NCBI GenBank assembly: GCA_902621725.1 | Contig: CACNND010000003.1 | Coordinates: forward strand, 47,782-111,781 | Reading direction: 5' to 3' | DNA: 64,000 nt | Source of the DNA: an uncultured Alphaproteobacteria bacterium | GTDB taxonomy: Bacteria; Pseudomonadota; Alphaproteobacteria; HIMB59; GCA-002718135 | In this document: piece by piece, positions 50,143-60,045 of the stretch | How positions within the stretch are numbered: the first letter of the stretch is position 1 | Layout: each line of letters opens with the position of its first letter | Translations under genes and position numbers: made by a program | Notes under the pieces: generated by a model | Told to the model about the DNA's origin: nothing | Seen by the model: only the letters and a program-made list of their open reading frames with translations | The model's database searches: none

Positions 50143-50774
50143 TATAGTATTCCAAAGAAACCTTTTTTATTAAGATTTTCTTCACATTGTTTTAGTTGTT
50201 TATTAAACATCTTAGTATTTCTTTCTACATTTTTAGCAACATCAATCAACCAATCTTTACTTTTAAATGTCTCTTTAGACCAACCATTTTGACCTTCATG
50301 GTATGCTAAATATTGATTATAGTAATCATTTTTTGAAATTCCAATCATATTTTCTGACTGTGTAGTGTACCAACCAATAAAATCTGTTACATCTTTAAAA
50401 TTCGCCCTTGATGCATTTTGATTTCCAGTTTTATTCTTATACCAATCCCAAGTAGGATTTGTTATTTGCGCATAACCAAAAGCAGTTGATGGTCTAAAGG
50501 TTGGAATTAAACCTAGAAATTTTTTTCTTTTAGGTTTTGCAAATTGGGTAAAAGATGATTCTTGTTTTATAACTGCTAATTGGAATGCTATTGGGGTATT
50601 CCATTTATCGTAAGAATTTTTAGTTGCTTTATACCATCTTTTCTTTTCATCAAAAATTATGCAACTATCAGCAGTATTTGTTAACTGATTTGAAGTACAT
50701 GCATATAAAAATAGCAATGTAATGCACAATATTTTTAAAAAATTATCAATTTTCATTAAAAACTTAAATACCAT
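50142..50774 (-). CDS. Lipoprotein with a lytic transglycosylase (SLT-like) domain
   Basis: Lipobox LYAC; QESSF, AFGYAQ, TWDWY, YLAYHEG. Confidence 0.82.
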   Translation of the reverse strand: MVFKFLMKIDNFLKILCITLLFLYACTSNQLTNTADSCIIFDEKKRWYKATKNSYDKWNTPIAFQLAVIKQESSFTQFAKPKRKKFLGLIPTFRPSTAFGYAQITNPTWDWYKNKTGNQNASRANFKDVTDFIGWYTTQSENMIGISKNDYYNQYLAYHEGQNGWSKETFKSKDWLIDVAKNVERNTKMFNKQLKQCEENLNKKGFFGIL

Positions 50775-50857
50775 AACTTTTACTTATATAATCTTAAATG
50801 TGGCAAAAAATTATTGCTTACTATTGAATTATAGATATGAATGCTTAAATTTCTACA

Positions 50858-52717
50858 ATGGCAGAAAAAAATAGAGAAAATTTAACTTTTCAAGCTGAAG
50901 TAAGCAAGCTTTTAGATCTTGTTGCTAATTCTCTTTATAGCGAAAGGGAAATATTTCTAAGAGAACTAATATCTAATTCAGCTGATGCCTGTGAAAAATT
51001 AAGATATCAATCACTCTCCAAAAAAAATCTTCTGAAAGATGAAAAGGATTTAAAAATTAACATCAGAGTTTCAAAAAAGAAAAAGATTATTGAAATAGAA
51101 GATAATGGAATTGGAATGTCTAAAAATGAACTTATTGATAATCTAGGAACTATAGCGAGATCAGGAACTAGTAAATTTATCGAAACAATGAAAAATAAAA
51201 AGAGTAACGATATTTCTGCAATTGGACAGTTTGGTGTTGGTTTTTATTCCTCATATATGGTTGCTGATAATGTTGAAGTACTCTCTAAAGACGCTGAGAA
51301 TGAAGAAACAAATCTTTGGTCTTCCAATGGAAAAGAAAATTATACCATAGAAGATGCTAAAAAAGATAAAAGAGGTACTTGTATAACTCTAAGTATAAAG
51401 AAAGATGCTGATGAATTTTTAGATTCATTTCGTTTAAGATCAATTATAACAAAATACTCAAATTATATTCCTTTCCCAATTTATCTTAAGGATCTTGACG
51501 ATAAAGAAAAAGAAGAAAAAATAAATGAAGGTAGTCCATTATGGCTAAAAGATAAAAAAGATATAAAAGAAGAAGACTATAAGCAATTTTATAATAATAT
51601 TTCATTTAACTTTGATGATCCCTTAAAAACTATTCACTATAACGCAGAGGGTGTTATTAGTTATAAGGCTTTACTATTTTTTCCTACAAATCAACCTATG
51701 GATTTATTCAATGCTGATAGGAAAAATAAAATAAAATTATATGTTCAAAAAGTTTTTATCACTGATGATTGTGAAGACATAATTCCTAATTGGCTTCGTT
51801 TCATTCCAGGAGTAGTGGACTCTCAAGATATTTCTCTCAATATAAGTAGAGAAATGCTTCAAAATAATCCAATCATTACAAAAATTAAAAAAGGTATTAC
51901 AAACAAAATTTTAAGTGAAATTGATAGTTTAGCTAAAAAAGAAAAGGATAAATTTGAGACATTTTGGAAAAATTTTGGTCCAGTTCTAAAAGAAGGTTTA
52001 TACGAACATAATGATCATCATGAAAAAATCCTGCCGCTACTAAGGTTTGAAAATTCTTTAAATGATAAAAAAATATCACTTGAAGAGTACACTAAGTTAA
52101 TGGCTAAAGATCAAAAAGAAATTTATTATTTTGCTAATACTGATAAGGATCATATAAAAAACTCCCCTCAATTAGAAGTTTTCACTGATAAAAAGATACC
52201 AGTATTGTTTATGGTTGATGCAGTAGATGAGTTTTGGATACAAAATGTAAATAAATTTAAAGACTTAGAATTTAAATCAATAACCAAAGGCAAGGTTGAT
52301 GTTTCAAAAGTTGGTGAAAAATCAAGTAAGAAAGATGAAAATAAAAAAGAAATAGATAGTAAAATCAATGATTTAATTAACATTCTTAAAACAGAGCTAA
52401 AAGAAACTATATCTGATGTTATTGTATCTGAAAGATTAACCAAAAGCCCAATTCTACTTGTTGCTGAAGAAACTGGAATGGATATAAATATGGAAAAACT
52501 GATGAAAATGCATAATCAAAAAACTCCTGTTTCAAAAAAGATACTTGAAATTAATCCGAACCATCCGATGATTGTAAATTTATCTAAAAATTTAACAAAA
52601 ATTGACCACAAAAAAGCTTCAAATTTAATTTTAGATCAAGCTAATATATTAGATGGTAACATTCTCTCAAATCCATCTGCTTACCTAGAAAATTTAACTG
52701 AAATTTTTATTAAGTAA
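50858..52717 (+). CDS. htpG: Hsp90 chaperone HtpG
   Basis: FQAEV, FLRELISN, DNGIGM, NLGTIARSG, IGQFGVGFYS, LNISRE. Confidence 0.97.
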   Translation: MAEKNRENLTFQAEVSKLLDLVANSLYSEREIFLRELISNSADACEKLRYQSLSKKNLLKDEKDLKINIRVSKKKKIIEIEDNGIGMSKNELIDNLGTIARSGTSKFIETMKNKKSNDISAIGQFGVGFYSSYMVADNVEVLSKDAENEETNLWSSNGKENYTIEDAKKDKRGTCITLSIKKDADEFLDSFRLRSIITKYSNYIPFPIYLKDLDDKEKEEKINEGSPLWLKDKKDIKEEDYKQFYNNISFNFDDPLKTIHYNAEGVISYKALLFFPTNQPMDLFNADRKNKIKLYVQKVFITDDCEDIIPNWLRFIPGVVDSQDISLNISREMLQNNPIITKIKKGITNKILSEIDSLAKKEKDKFETFWKNFGPVLKEGLYEHNDHHEKILPLLRFENSLNDKKISLEEYTKLMAKDQKEIYYFANTDKDHIKNSPQLEVFTDKKIPVLFMVDAVDEFWIQNVNKFKDLEFKSITKGKVDVSKVGEKSSKKDENKKEIDSKINDLINILKTELKETISDVIVSERLTKSPILLVAEETGMDINMEKLMKMHNQKTPVSKKILEINPNHPMIVNLSKNLTKIDHKKASNLILDQANILDGNILSNPSAYLENLTEIFIK

Positions 52718-53648
52718 CTGAGTTTATAATTTTTTTATTATTAAAAAATTCAACAAACTGATTAGCAACCATTTCTGCAACAACTATTTGTGCTTCATCA
52801 GTAGAAGCAGCAATGTGTGGAGTTAAAATTATATTATCTAAATTATAAAACCCACTTTCTTCTAAAGGCTCATTTTTAAAAACATCTAATGCAGCACCTT
52901 TAATTTCTTTTTTTTCTAGAGCATTTTTAAGATCATCTTCATCAACTAAGTTACCTCTAGCAGTATTGATAATGATGCAATTTTTTTTCATTAGTGATAG
53001 ATGATTTTTATTAATAATCGGAACTCCATCCTTATTGGGCTTACAGTGAAAAGAAATTATATCTGAATCTTTAATAATCTCATCGATAGAACAAGAATAA
53101 TATTCAGGATACTTATCCTTAATTTTTTCAAAGTATGAAGAAAATATTGAAACGTGCATTCCCAATACATTCGATATTTCTGCAACTCTTTTGCCTACAT
53201 TACCAAAACCTACGATACCAATTTTCTTGCCTTTAATTTCATTTCCCTTAAGTTTCTTTTTTTCCCAAAGACCCTTATGAGTTGTCTCATTGGCCATAGT
53301 AATTTTTCTTTGTAATGCAAAAATTAAACCAATTGTGTGTTCTGCTGTAGCATTTGTATTTCCTCCTGGAGTATTCATTACAATAATATTTTTATTTTTA
53401 GCAGCTTCCACATCAACATTATCTACTCCTGCCCCTGCCCTACCTATAATTTTTAAATTTGAAAGAGAATCGATTAAATCTTTTCGCACTTTAGTTGCAG
53501 AACGAACGATTAAACCATCATAGTTATCAATTATTTTTTTTAATTCTTCAGGAGATAAGTTTGTTTTTGTGTCAACTGAAATGTTATTCTTTATTAAAAT
53601 TTCAGATGCTATGTTATCTAATGAATCTGATATTAATACTTTAGGCAT
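52710..53648 (-). CDS. serA: D-3-phosphoglycerate dehydrogenase (short form, no ACT domain)
   Basis: GLIVRSATKV, GRAGAGVDNVD, MNTPGGN, INTARG, TPHIAAST.EAQ; coupled to serC. Confidence 0.88.
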   Translation of the reverse strand: MPKVLISDSLDNIASEILIKNNISVDTKTNLSPEELKKIIDNYDGLIVRSATKVRKDLIDSLSNLKIIGRAGAGVDNVDVEAAKNKNIIVMNTPGGNTNATAEHTIGLIFALQRKITMANETTHKGLWEKKKLKGNEIKGKKIGIVGFGNVGKRVAEISNVLGMHVSIFSSYFEKIKDKYPEYYSCSIDEIIKDSDIISFHCKPNKDGVPIINKNHLSLMKKNCIIINTARGNLVDEDDLKNALEKKEIKGAALDVFKNEPLEESGFYNLDNIILTPHIAASTDEAQIVVAEMVANQFVEFFNNKKIINSVT

Positions 53649-54804
53649 GTTTTGATTTAATCTCTGAATAGGCCCAATCTATCCAAGGTAAAACTAATTC
53701 TACATCTGAAGTTTGAACCGTGCCTCCAGCCCATATTCTAAAAGAAGGTGGTGCTTTTGGATATCCATTACAATCAAATCCAACATTATTTTCAGAAAGC
53801 AATTTGCAAATATCAGCCATTACAGCTCTTTGACCACTTTCATCTTTATCAGTAAACCAATCTTCAACAATTTTAAAAGTTATCCCAGTGTTTGAAATAT
53901 AATTCTCATCCTCAATTTCAGATAAAAAAGTAACCCAATCTCTCTCACTAATCCATTCTCGGATTTTTTGTAAAGAGTTCTGAGATTTGGAGATTAATGA
54001 ATTTAATCCTCCTTGAGAAGAAACCCAGTTTAAAGAATCAATAATATCCTCAACACATATCATTGATGGCGTATTAATTGTATTTCCTTCAAAAATACCT
54101 TTTATTAATTTTTGTTTTTCAGCCAATCTAAATAATTTTGGTACTGGCCAGCTAGGTGTAAAACTTTCTAATCTTTCAACAACGCGTGGAGAAATTGCAA
54201 TCATTCCATGAGCGGCTTCTCCTCCAAGTATTTTTTGCCAAGACCAAGTTATAACATCACATTTGTTATAATCTATAGGCATACCAAAGATTGCTGAAGT
54301 AGCATCACAAATCGTTAGGCCTTTTCTGTCATCAGGTATCCAATCTCCATTAGGAACTTTGACACCAGATGTTGTTCCATTCCATGTAAAAATAACATCA
54401 TTATCAAAATTGACTTTGGAAAGGTCAGGTAGCTTGCCATAATCTTCTTCATGAATATTTAAATTGTCTAATTTTAATTCACTAATTGCATCGATTACCC
54501 AATCTTTACCAAAATTTTCCCATGCAAGAATATCGACTCCCGTTTTACCTAATAGGCACCACATAGCAGCTTCTAAAGCACCAGTATTTGATCCAGGCAT
54601 TATACCCAACAAATAATCATCAGGTAATTTTAGAATTGCTTTAGATTTATCTATTGCTTCTTTTAGTCTTGCTTTACATTCAACAGATCTATGAGATCTG
54701 CCAGTTAAAGCATTACTCAAAACAGATATGTCCCAACCTGGTCTTTTTGAGGTTGGGCCACTTGAAAAGTTTGGATTGTTAGGTTTGGTATTAGGTTTAT
54801 TCAT
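53641..54804 (-). CDS. serC: Phosphoserine aminotransferase (alphaproteobacterial/Methanosarcina type)
   Basis: PNFSSGPTSKRPGW, GRSHRS, WNGTTSGV, DATSA, SWQK, TINTPS. Confidence 0.93.
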   Translation of the reverse strand: MNKPNTKPNNPNFSSGPTSKRPGWDISVLSNALTGRSHRSVECKARLKEAIDKSKAILKLPDDYLLGIMPGSNTGALEAAMWCLLGKTGVDILAWENFGKDWVIDAISELKLDNLNIHEEDYGKLPDLSKVNFDNDVIFTWNGTTSGVKVPNGDWIPDDRKGLTICDATSAIFGMPIDYNKCDVITWSWQKILGGEAAHGMIAISPRVVERLESFTPSWPVPKLFRLAEKQKLIKGIFEGNTINTPSMICVEDIIDSLNWVSSQGGLNSLISKSQNSLQKIREWISERDWVTFLSEIEDENYISNTGITFKIVEDWFTDKDESGQRAVMADICKLLSENNVGFDCNGYPKAPPSFRIWAGGTVQTSDVELVLPWIDWAYSEIKSKHA

Positions 54805-56015
54805 ATACTTTTTTCAAACTCATAAACTACTAAGCCATCTAAAGGTTTTGGATCAAACCATGTTGATTTAGGAGGCATAGTCAAATTTTTATTCGCGACT
54901 TTAATAACATCACTTATTGAAGATGGAAAGATAGAAAATGCCACACTGTCATTATTTTCATCAACTTTTTTTTCTAATGCTTCCAAACCATGGCATCCGG
55001 CAATAAATCTTATTCTTTCATCATTATTAACATCAGAAATATTTAAATGTTTTTTGAAAATGAAATTGTTTAAAATATTAATATCCAGTGTATCTACAAA
55101 ATTATCTGTTTTTAACTCAGTTTTAAAATGCAATGAATACCACTTTTTTTCATGATACATTCCAAATTGTTTATTTGATAAAGGTTTGAATGGATTTTTT
55201 TCATTTTTTATTTCAAAGTTTTCAGAAAGAATTTTTAAAAACTTTTCTTCACTCAAACCATTTAAATCTTTAACAACTCTATTATAGTCAAATATTTTAG
55301 CCTCATCACTTGGAAAAGCTGCTATCATGAAATCTTCCTGTAAAATATTTTTATTATAATTTAATTCTCCAATAATCTTCATTGCACCCATTCTATGATG
55401 TCCATCTGCAATATAAAAATTTTCTACTTCATTTATAAAAACAGAAGATAAGTTTTTGATAAAAGATTGATCAGAAATACACCAAAGTTTATGAATAGAT
55501 TTATCGAAGCTTTCAAAATCATAATCTGGAATTTTTGATATTATAGAGGATAACAAATATTTTATCTTATTATTTTTTTTATATACTACATAGATAGGGC
55601 CAATTTGTGTTTTTATATTTAACATTTGCTCTGCTCTTTCTCTCATCCTTGTCTCATATATTTTTTCATGTGCTTTAATTTTTTCATCTACAAAATCTGA
55701 GATTTTAGAAAGAGATAAAAACCCTAGTTGAGTATGACCTTTAAATTCAATTTGATAAACATAATAAAATAATTCTTCATCTTTTTTGATTACTTCATTT
55801 TCTTTCATTTCCTTAAAATGCAATTTTGCTTCTAAAAGAGTATCTGCTTCTTTTAATTGTCCAACGGGATTCAAAATTTTTAAGTAATTCCAATAATTAT
55901 TTTTTTTAAATATTTCTATATTTTCAATGCTTAAATGATCAGTAGAAGGAGCAATTAAATTCTTTGCATCTTCGTTATAGGGGCGTGTTCCTTTAAAAGG
56001 TTTAATTTCAACCAT
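54801..56015 (-). CDS. DUF1015 family protein
   Basis: IKPFKG.RP, IKAHE, YIADGHHR, IFDYNRVVKDLNG, MPPKSTWFDPK. Confidence 0.9.
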   Translation of the reverse strand: MVEIKPFKGTRPYNEDAKNLIAPSTDHLSIENIEIFKKNNYWNYLKILNPVGQLKEADTLLEAKLHFKEMKENEVIKKDEELFYYVYQIEFKGHTQLGFLSLSKISDFVDEKIKAHEKIYETRMRERAEQMLNIKTQIGPIYVVYKKNNKIKYLLSSIISKIPDYDFESFDKSIHKLWCISDQSFIKNLSSVFINEVENFYIADGHHRMGAMKIIGELNYNKNILQEDFMIAAFPSDEAKIFDYNRVVKDLNGLSEEKFLKILSENFEIKNEKNPFKPLSNKQFGMYHEKKWYSLHFKTELKTDNFVDTLDINILNNFIFKKHLNISDVNNDERIRFIAGCHGLEALEKKVDENNDSVAFSIFPSSISDVIKVANKNLTMPPKSTWFDPKPLDGLVVYEFEKSI

Positions 56016-56061
56016 AATAAAGTAACACCTTTAATTAAATAAAAAAAAATTTAAACTTAAA

Positions 56062-57426
56062 TTACGCTACTTCTGGTATTTGCGAAATGGATTTACCTAT
56101 TCCATCATCATCAATAACATCATCAGCCATTGATCCATTTAGATAATCATCATAAGCTGACATATCAAAATATCCATGACCACATAAATTAAATAGAATA
56201 GTTTTTGACTCACTTTTTTCTTTACATTCTAATGCTGCATCAATTGCACCTTTTATTGCATGGTTTCCTTCTGGTGCAGGAATAATTCCTTCTTGTTTTG
56301 CAAAAGTAAGACCAGCTTCAAAACAATCTTTTTGACCGTAAGCCTTTGCTCTCATTAGACCAAGCTCGTATAAATGACTTAAATGATAAGACATACCATG
56401 GTATCTTAATCCGCCAGAGTGATTAGCCGGTGGTAAGAAATCAGATCCAAGAGTGTGCATTTTAATTAATGGCGTCATTTTTGCCATATCACCATGATCA
56501 TAAGCATACTTACCCTTAGTAAATGAAGGACATGATGCAGGCTCGCAACCAATTATATCAATTTTTTGACCACCTCTTAATTGTTGACCTAAAAATGGAA
56601 ACATTAATCCAGAAAGATTACTACCACCGCCTGTACATCCAACAATTATATCAGGATAATCTCCAGCCATCTCCATTTGCATAATAGCTTCATTACCATT
56701 TATAGTTTGATGCATTAAAACATGACCTAAAACACTTCCAAGTGAGTATTTTGCTTTACCACCACTTTTAACAGTTGCTTCTATTGCCTCTGATATAGCT
56801 ATTCCCAAGCTTCCGGGGTTATCAGGATTTTCTGATAATAATTTGTTACCGAAATCAGTTAAATTAGATGGACTAGCGTGACAGTTAGCGCCGAATGATT
56901 GCATCATTAATTTTCTGTAAGGCTTATGATCAAAACTAACTTTAACCATGAAAACTTCAATATCAATGCCAAAGATCTGACCTGCAAAAGCTAAAGAACT
57001 TCCCCATTGACCTGCACCCGTTTCAGTAAATATTTTACTAATTCCCTCTTCTTTATTAAAAAAAGCTTGTGGGACTGCAGTATTTGGTTTGTGACTTCCA
57101 GTAGGACTAACACCTTCATATTTATAATAAATTTTAGCTGGTGTATCTAAAAACTTTTCCAATCTTCTTGCTCTAAATAATGGAGAAGGTCTCCATTGTT
57201 TATATACTTCTCTTACTGGTTCAGGTATTTCTATTTCTCTTTCAGTAGAAACTTCTTGCATAATTAAACTCATAGGAAATAAAGGTGCGAAGTCATCAGG
57301 ACCAGCTGGTTGTTTAGTTCCAGGGTGTAAAGGTGGTGGTGGTGGACTTGGTAAGTCAGCATTAATATTATACCAAAACTTTGGAGCTTTATTTTCTTCT
57401 AATAAGTATTTAATTGAGTCACTCAT
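56062..57426 (-). CDS. trpB2: TrpB2 (stand-alone tryptophan synthase beta-like PLP enzyme)
   Basis: WYNINADLP, WRPSPL.RA, KYEGVSPTGSHKPN, TETGAGQWG, LGIAISEA, GGLRYHG, FNLCGHG. Confidence 0.92.
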   Translation of the reverse strand: MSDSIKYLLEENKAPKFWYNINADLPSPPPPPLHPGTKQPAGPDDFAPLFPMSLIMQEVSTEREIEIPEPVREVYKQWRPSPLFRARRLEKFLDTPAKIYYKYEGVSPTGSHKPNTAVPQAFFNKEEGISKIFTETGAGQWGSSLAFAGQIFGIDIEVFMVKVSFDHKPYRKLMMQSFGANCHASPSNLTDFGNKLLSENPDNPGSLGIAISEAIEATVKSGGKAKYSLGSVLGHVLMHQTINGNEAIMQMEMAGDYPDIIVGCTGGGSNLSGLMFPFLGQQLRGGQKIDIIGCEPASCPSFTKGKYAYDHGDMAKMTPLIKMHTLGSDFLPPANHSGGLRYHGMSYHLSHLYELGLMRAKAYGQKDCFEAGLTFAKQEGIIPAPEGNHAIKGAIDAALECKEKSESKTILFNLCGHGYFDMSAYDDYLNGSMADDVIDDDGIGKSISQIPEVA

Positions 57427-57518
57427 AATAAAAGTATATTGAACTATAAAATATTAAATTTCAACCATAAATGAAATACTTTAACTTCAAAAATGTGTCT
57501 ATTTTTATAGCTTTGTTA

Positions 57519-58442
57519 TTAGTATTGTACGTTTTTTTCGGATATTTTACTCATTGATTTTTTTTGACCCACAAAAAGGCCAATAAAAACTAAAATAATC
57601 CCAATTACTGAACTAAATACTATTTGCTCAGAAAGAAATATGAATCCCCATATTAAAGCAAAAACAGGGATTAAATATGCGACGTAAGATAAGAAGACTG
57701 GACCAGATTGTTTAACTATATGGTATCTCATATGAAATGCAATTGCTGTTGGGAAAACACCTAAGTAAATAATAGAAATTATAGAAATTTTATTAATATT
57801 AGTTTCATAATTTATAAAATCATAGAATAAGAATGGTAATGATATTAATGCTCCAAATAAAGTAGCAAAAGTAGTAATTGAAATGGGACTTAATTTTTTT
57901 AATTTATTGTATGCAGCAATATTTGAAATCATGTAGCCAAATGCTGCTACAATTACAAATATTTTTGCGATTGTGCTAATGTAATTGTCTTTTTGAAAAT
58001 TGAACTTACTAATATCTAATATAAAAATTATACCAAGAAAACCTATAATAATGGATAAAAATTTAATCCAAGTAAATTTATCATCTGATGTTAAAATATG
58101 AGACATAAGTAATGTAATTAAGGGACCTACTGACATTAATAAACCAGCTGTGGAAGAAGGTATATATTGTTCAGCCCAACTAATAAGATAAAAGGGTAAA
58201 AAATTGCCTGTGATTCCTATAAAGGTAAGAATAAAAATTAATTCAAAATTTAATTTAGGATTTTTATTGTATGAATAATAAAGAATAATTAAAAAAATTG
58301 ATGCAATAATCAACCTCAAAGAGGCAATACTTGTTGGGGTAAAACTAGACAAACAAATTTTAATTACAAAAAATGACGACCCCCAGATAGCTGATAAAAT
58401 GATTAAAAGAAGTAAATTATTAGATGAAAGTTTATTTAACAA
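57519..58442 (-). CDS. DMT/EamA family transporter
   Basis: IWGSSF, YLIPVFALIWG..FLSE; TTG start. Confidence 0.88.
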   Translation of the reverse strand: MLNKLSSNNLLLLIILSAIWGSSFFVIKICLSSFTPTSIASLRLIIASIFLIILYYSYNKNPKLNFELIFILTFIGITGNFLPFYLISWAEQYIPSSTAGLLMSVGPLITLLMSHILTSDDKFTWIKFLSIIIGFLGIIFILDISKFNFQKDNYISTIAKIFVIVAAFGYMISNIAAYNKLKKLSPISITTFATLFGALISLPFLFYDFINYETNINKISIISIIYLGVFPTAIAFHMRYHIVKQSGPVFLSYVAYLIPVFALIWGFIFLSEQIVFSSVIGIILVFIGLFVGQKKSMSKISEKNVQY

Positions 58443-58445
58443 AAA

Positions 58446-58745
58446 CTAGATTTTGTTTTTTGGTAATGGGATTTCTATATTGTCAGCATTTTTCATAAAC
58501 TCATCTCTTCTTCCGTCCCATAAATATTCTGCATAATCAAATTCAGTAATCATCCTGTCGGAACGTTCAAAGGTAAGACCATATTTCCGACAATAACTTG
58601 CAAATTCTTCAGCATTATCAATTGGTAAATTTTCTACTGTCCATTTTCTAGAACTTCTATCAAATTTAAAACCATTTTTTTTAAACCAATCTCTATGATA
58701 GTAAGAGTCTCTTCCAAAAGCAGAAAATGTAATTTTTTTTGACAT
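58446..58745 (-). CDS. Hypothetical soluble protein (99 aa)
   Basis: ORF with a K..GFKFD....KW motif, resembling small beta-rich DUF5710-like domains. Confidence 0.75.
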   Translation of the reverse strand: MSKKITFSAFGRDSYYHRDWFKKNGFKFDRSSRKWTVENLPIDNAEEFASYCRKYGLTFERSDRMITEFDYAEYLWDGRRDEFMKNADNIEIPLPKNKI

Positions 58746-58855
58746 AAAGGATCATGCTATTACATGAAAATAACAAAAAAAACAAATTTAATTTTAAAAA
58801 TATATTTTATGTAAAAATAGTAGAAATATAACCTTAATTATAATAAGATAAAAAT

Positions 58856-59188
58856 ATGGATCTTTATAGTAGCAGTGAAATAACAGTTCATCGATTAAAT
58901 GAACTTAAACAAGATGATAAAAAAATTCAAATTATAGATGTAAGAGAAGATACGGAAAGAGATCATGCTCATATTAAGGGCACGATACATATGAAGCTAT
59001 CTGAAATTGCCGAAAGATATAAAGAATTAGATAAAAATAAGAATATCTTTGTTATGTGTCATACAGGTACAAGAAGTCAAGCAGTATGCAAATGGCTAAA
59101 AGCTCAAGGTTGCAATCATTGTGTTAATGTACTTGGAGGAATAGATGCTTGGGCAGCATTAATAGACAGAAATATAAGAAGATATTAA
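58856..59188 (+). CDS. Single-domain rhodanese/sulfurtransferase
   Basis: IIDVRE, HIKG, CHTGTRS active-site loop, GGIDAW. Confidence 0.92.
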   Translation: MDLYSSSEITVHRLNELKQDDKKIQIIDVREDTERDHAHIKGTIHMKLSEIAERYKELDKNKNIFVMCHTGTRSQAVCKWLKAQGCNHCVNVLGGIDAWAALIDRNIRRY

Positions 59189-59373
59189 CCTATGCTTTCA
59201 ATATAAAGACCAAAAAAAATAATAATAACGCTAATAAAAAAAAGTATAGTTCTCAATAAAATTTCAAAAAATAAATTAAAATTTACTCTTTTTTTAACTA
59301 TTAATTTATAAAATGGATTACTTAATGATATAGAAATTAAAATAATTCCAAATAATATTATTACCCAATGCAT
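59185..59373 (-). CDS. Small two-TM membrane protein, hypothetical
   Basis: 62 aa ORF, two hydrophobic helices, fills the gap. Confidence 0.6.
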   Translation of the reverse strand: MHWVIILFGIILISISLSNPFYKLIVKKRVNFNLFFEILLRTILFFISVIIIFFGLYIESIG

Positions 59374-60045
59374 AGTAGTAATTCATACATAGCTGAAGAT
59401 TATAAATTTTCAAATCAAACTATTAAAGAGATGAAAATTAATTCTTTTAATTTTTATAAAAAAATAAAAGAAAGACGGAGTATACGTGATTTTAATAAAA
59501 CAAAAATAGATATAGAAATTATAAAAAATGCAATTTTATCTGCCGGATCTGCACCAAATGGTGCCAATCTTCAACCATGGCATTTTGTTATTATAAAAGA
59601 TCAAGATATTAAGAAAAAGATTAGAATAGCAGCAGAAAAAGAAGAAAGAACTTTTTATGAATATAAAGCTCCAAAAGAATGGTTAGATGCATTAAAACCC
59701 TTAGGTACTGATGAAAACAAAAAGTTTATTGAAAATGCACCTTATCTAATTGCAGTATTTGAAAAAAAATATTCTATTTCCAAAAATAAAAAAATTAAAA
59801 ATTATTATGTTAAAGAGTCTGTAGGAATTGCTACCGGTATTTTAATTACATGTTTACATTTTTGTGGTTTAGCAATGTTAACACATACTCCCAGCCCTAT
59901 GACTTTTCTAAATAAAATTTTAAATAGACCAATTAATGAAAAACCATTTGTTTTGTTAATTGTAGGTTATCCCAAAAAGAATACTAAAGTTCCAAAATTT
60001 GCTAAAAAGAAAAAAAATTTTAACGAGATTTCTAGTATTTTTTAA
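59368..60045 (+). CDS. Nitroreductase superfamily, iodotyrosine deiodinase (IYD)-like
   Basis: RRSIRDF, APNGANLQPWHF, KKIRIAAEKEE..FY, LGTD..K.F, YYVKESVGIA, LTHTP. Confidence 0.87.
   Translation: MHSSNSYIAEDYKFSNQTIKEMKINSFNFYKKIKERRSIRDFNKTKIDIEIIKNAILSAGSAPNGANLQPWHFVIIKDQDIKKKIRIAAEKEERTFYEYKAPKEWLDALKPLGTDENKKFIENAPYLIAVFEKKYSISKNKKIKNYYVKESVGIATGILITCLHFCGLAMLTHTPSPMTFLNKILNRPINEKPFVLLIVGYPKKNTKVPKFAKKKKNFNEISSIF

Noticed and set aside
50800-50857. Sigma-32 promoter upstream of htpG
   Set aside because: TTGAA is present but the -10 element matches poorly; not distinguishable from AT-rich background.
57330-57346. GGT repeat in trpB2
   Set aside because: It encodes the ordinary proline-rich PSPPPPPLHP segment of TrpB2.
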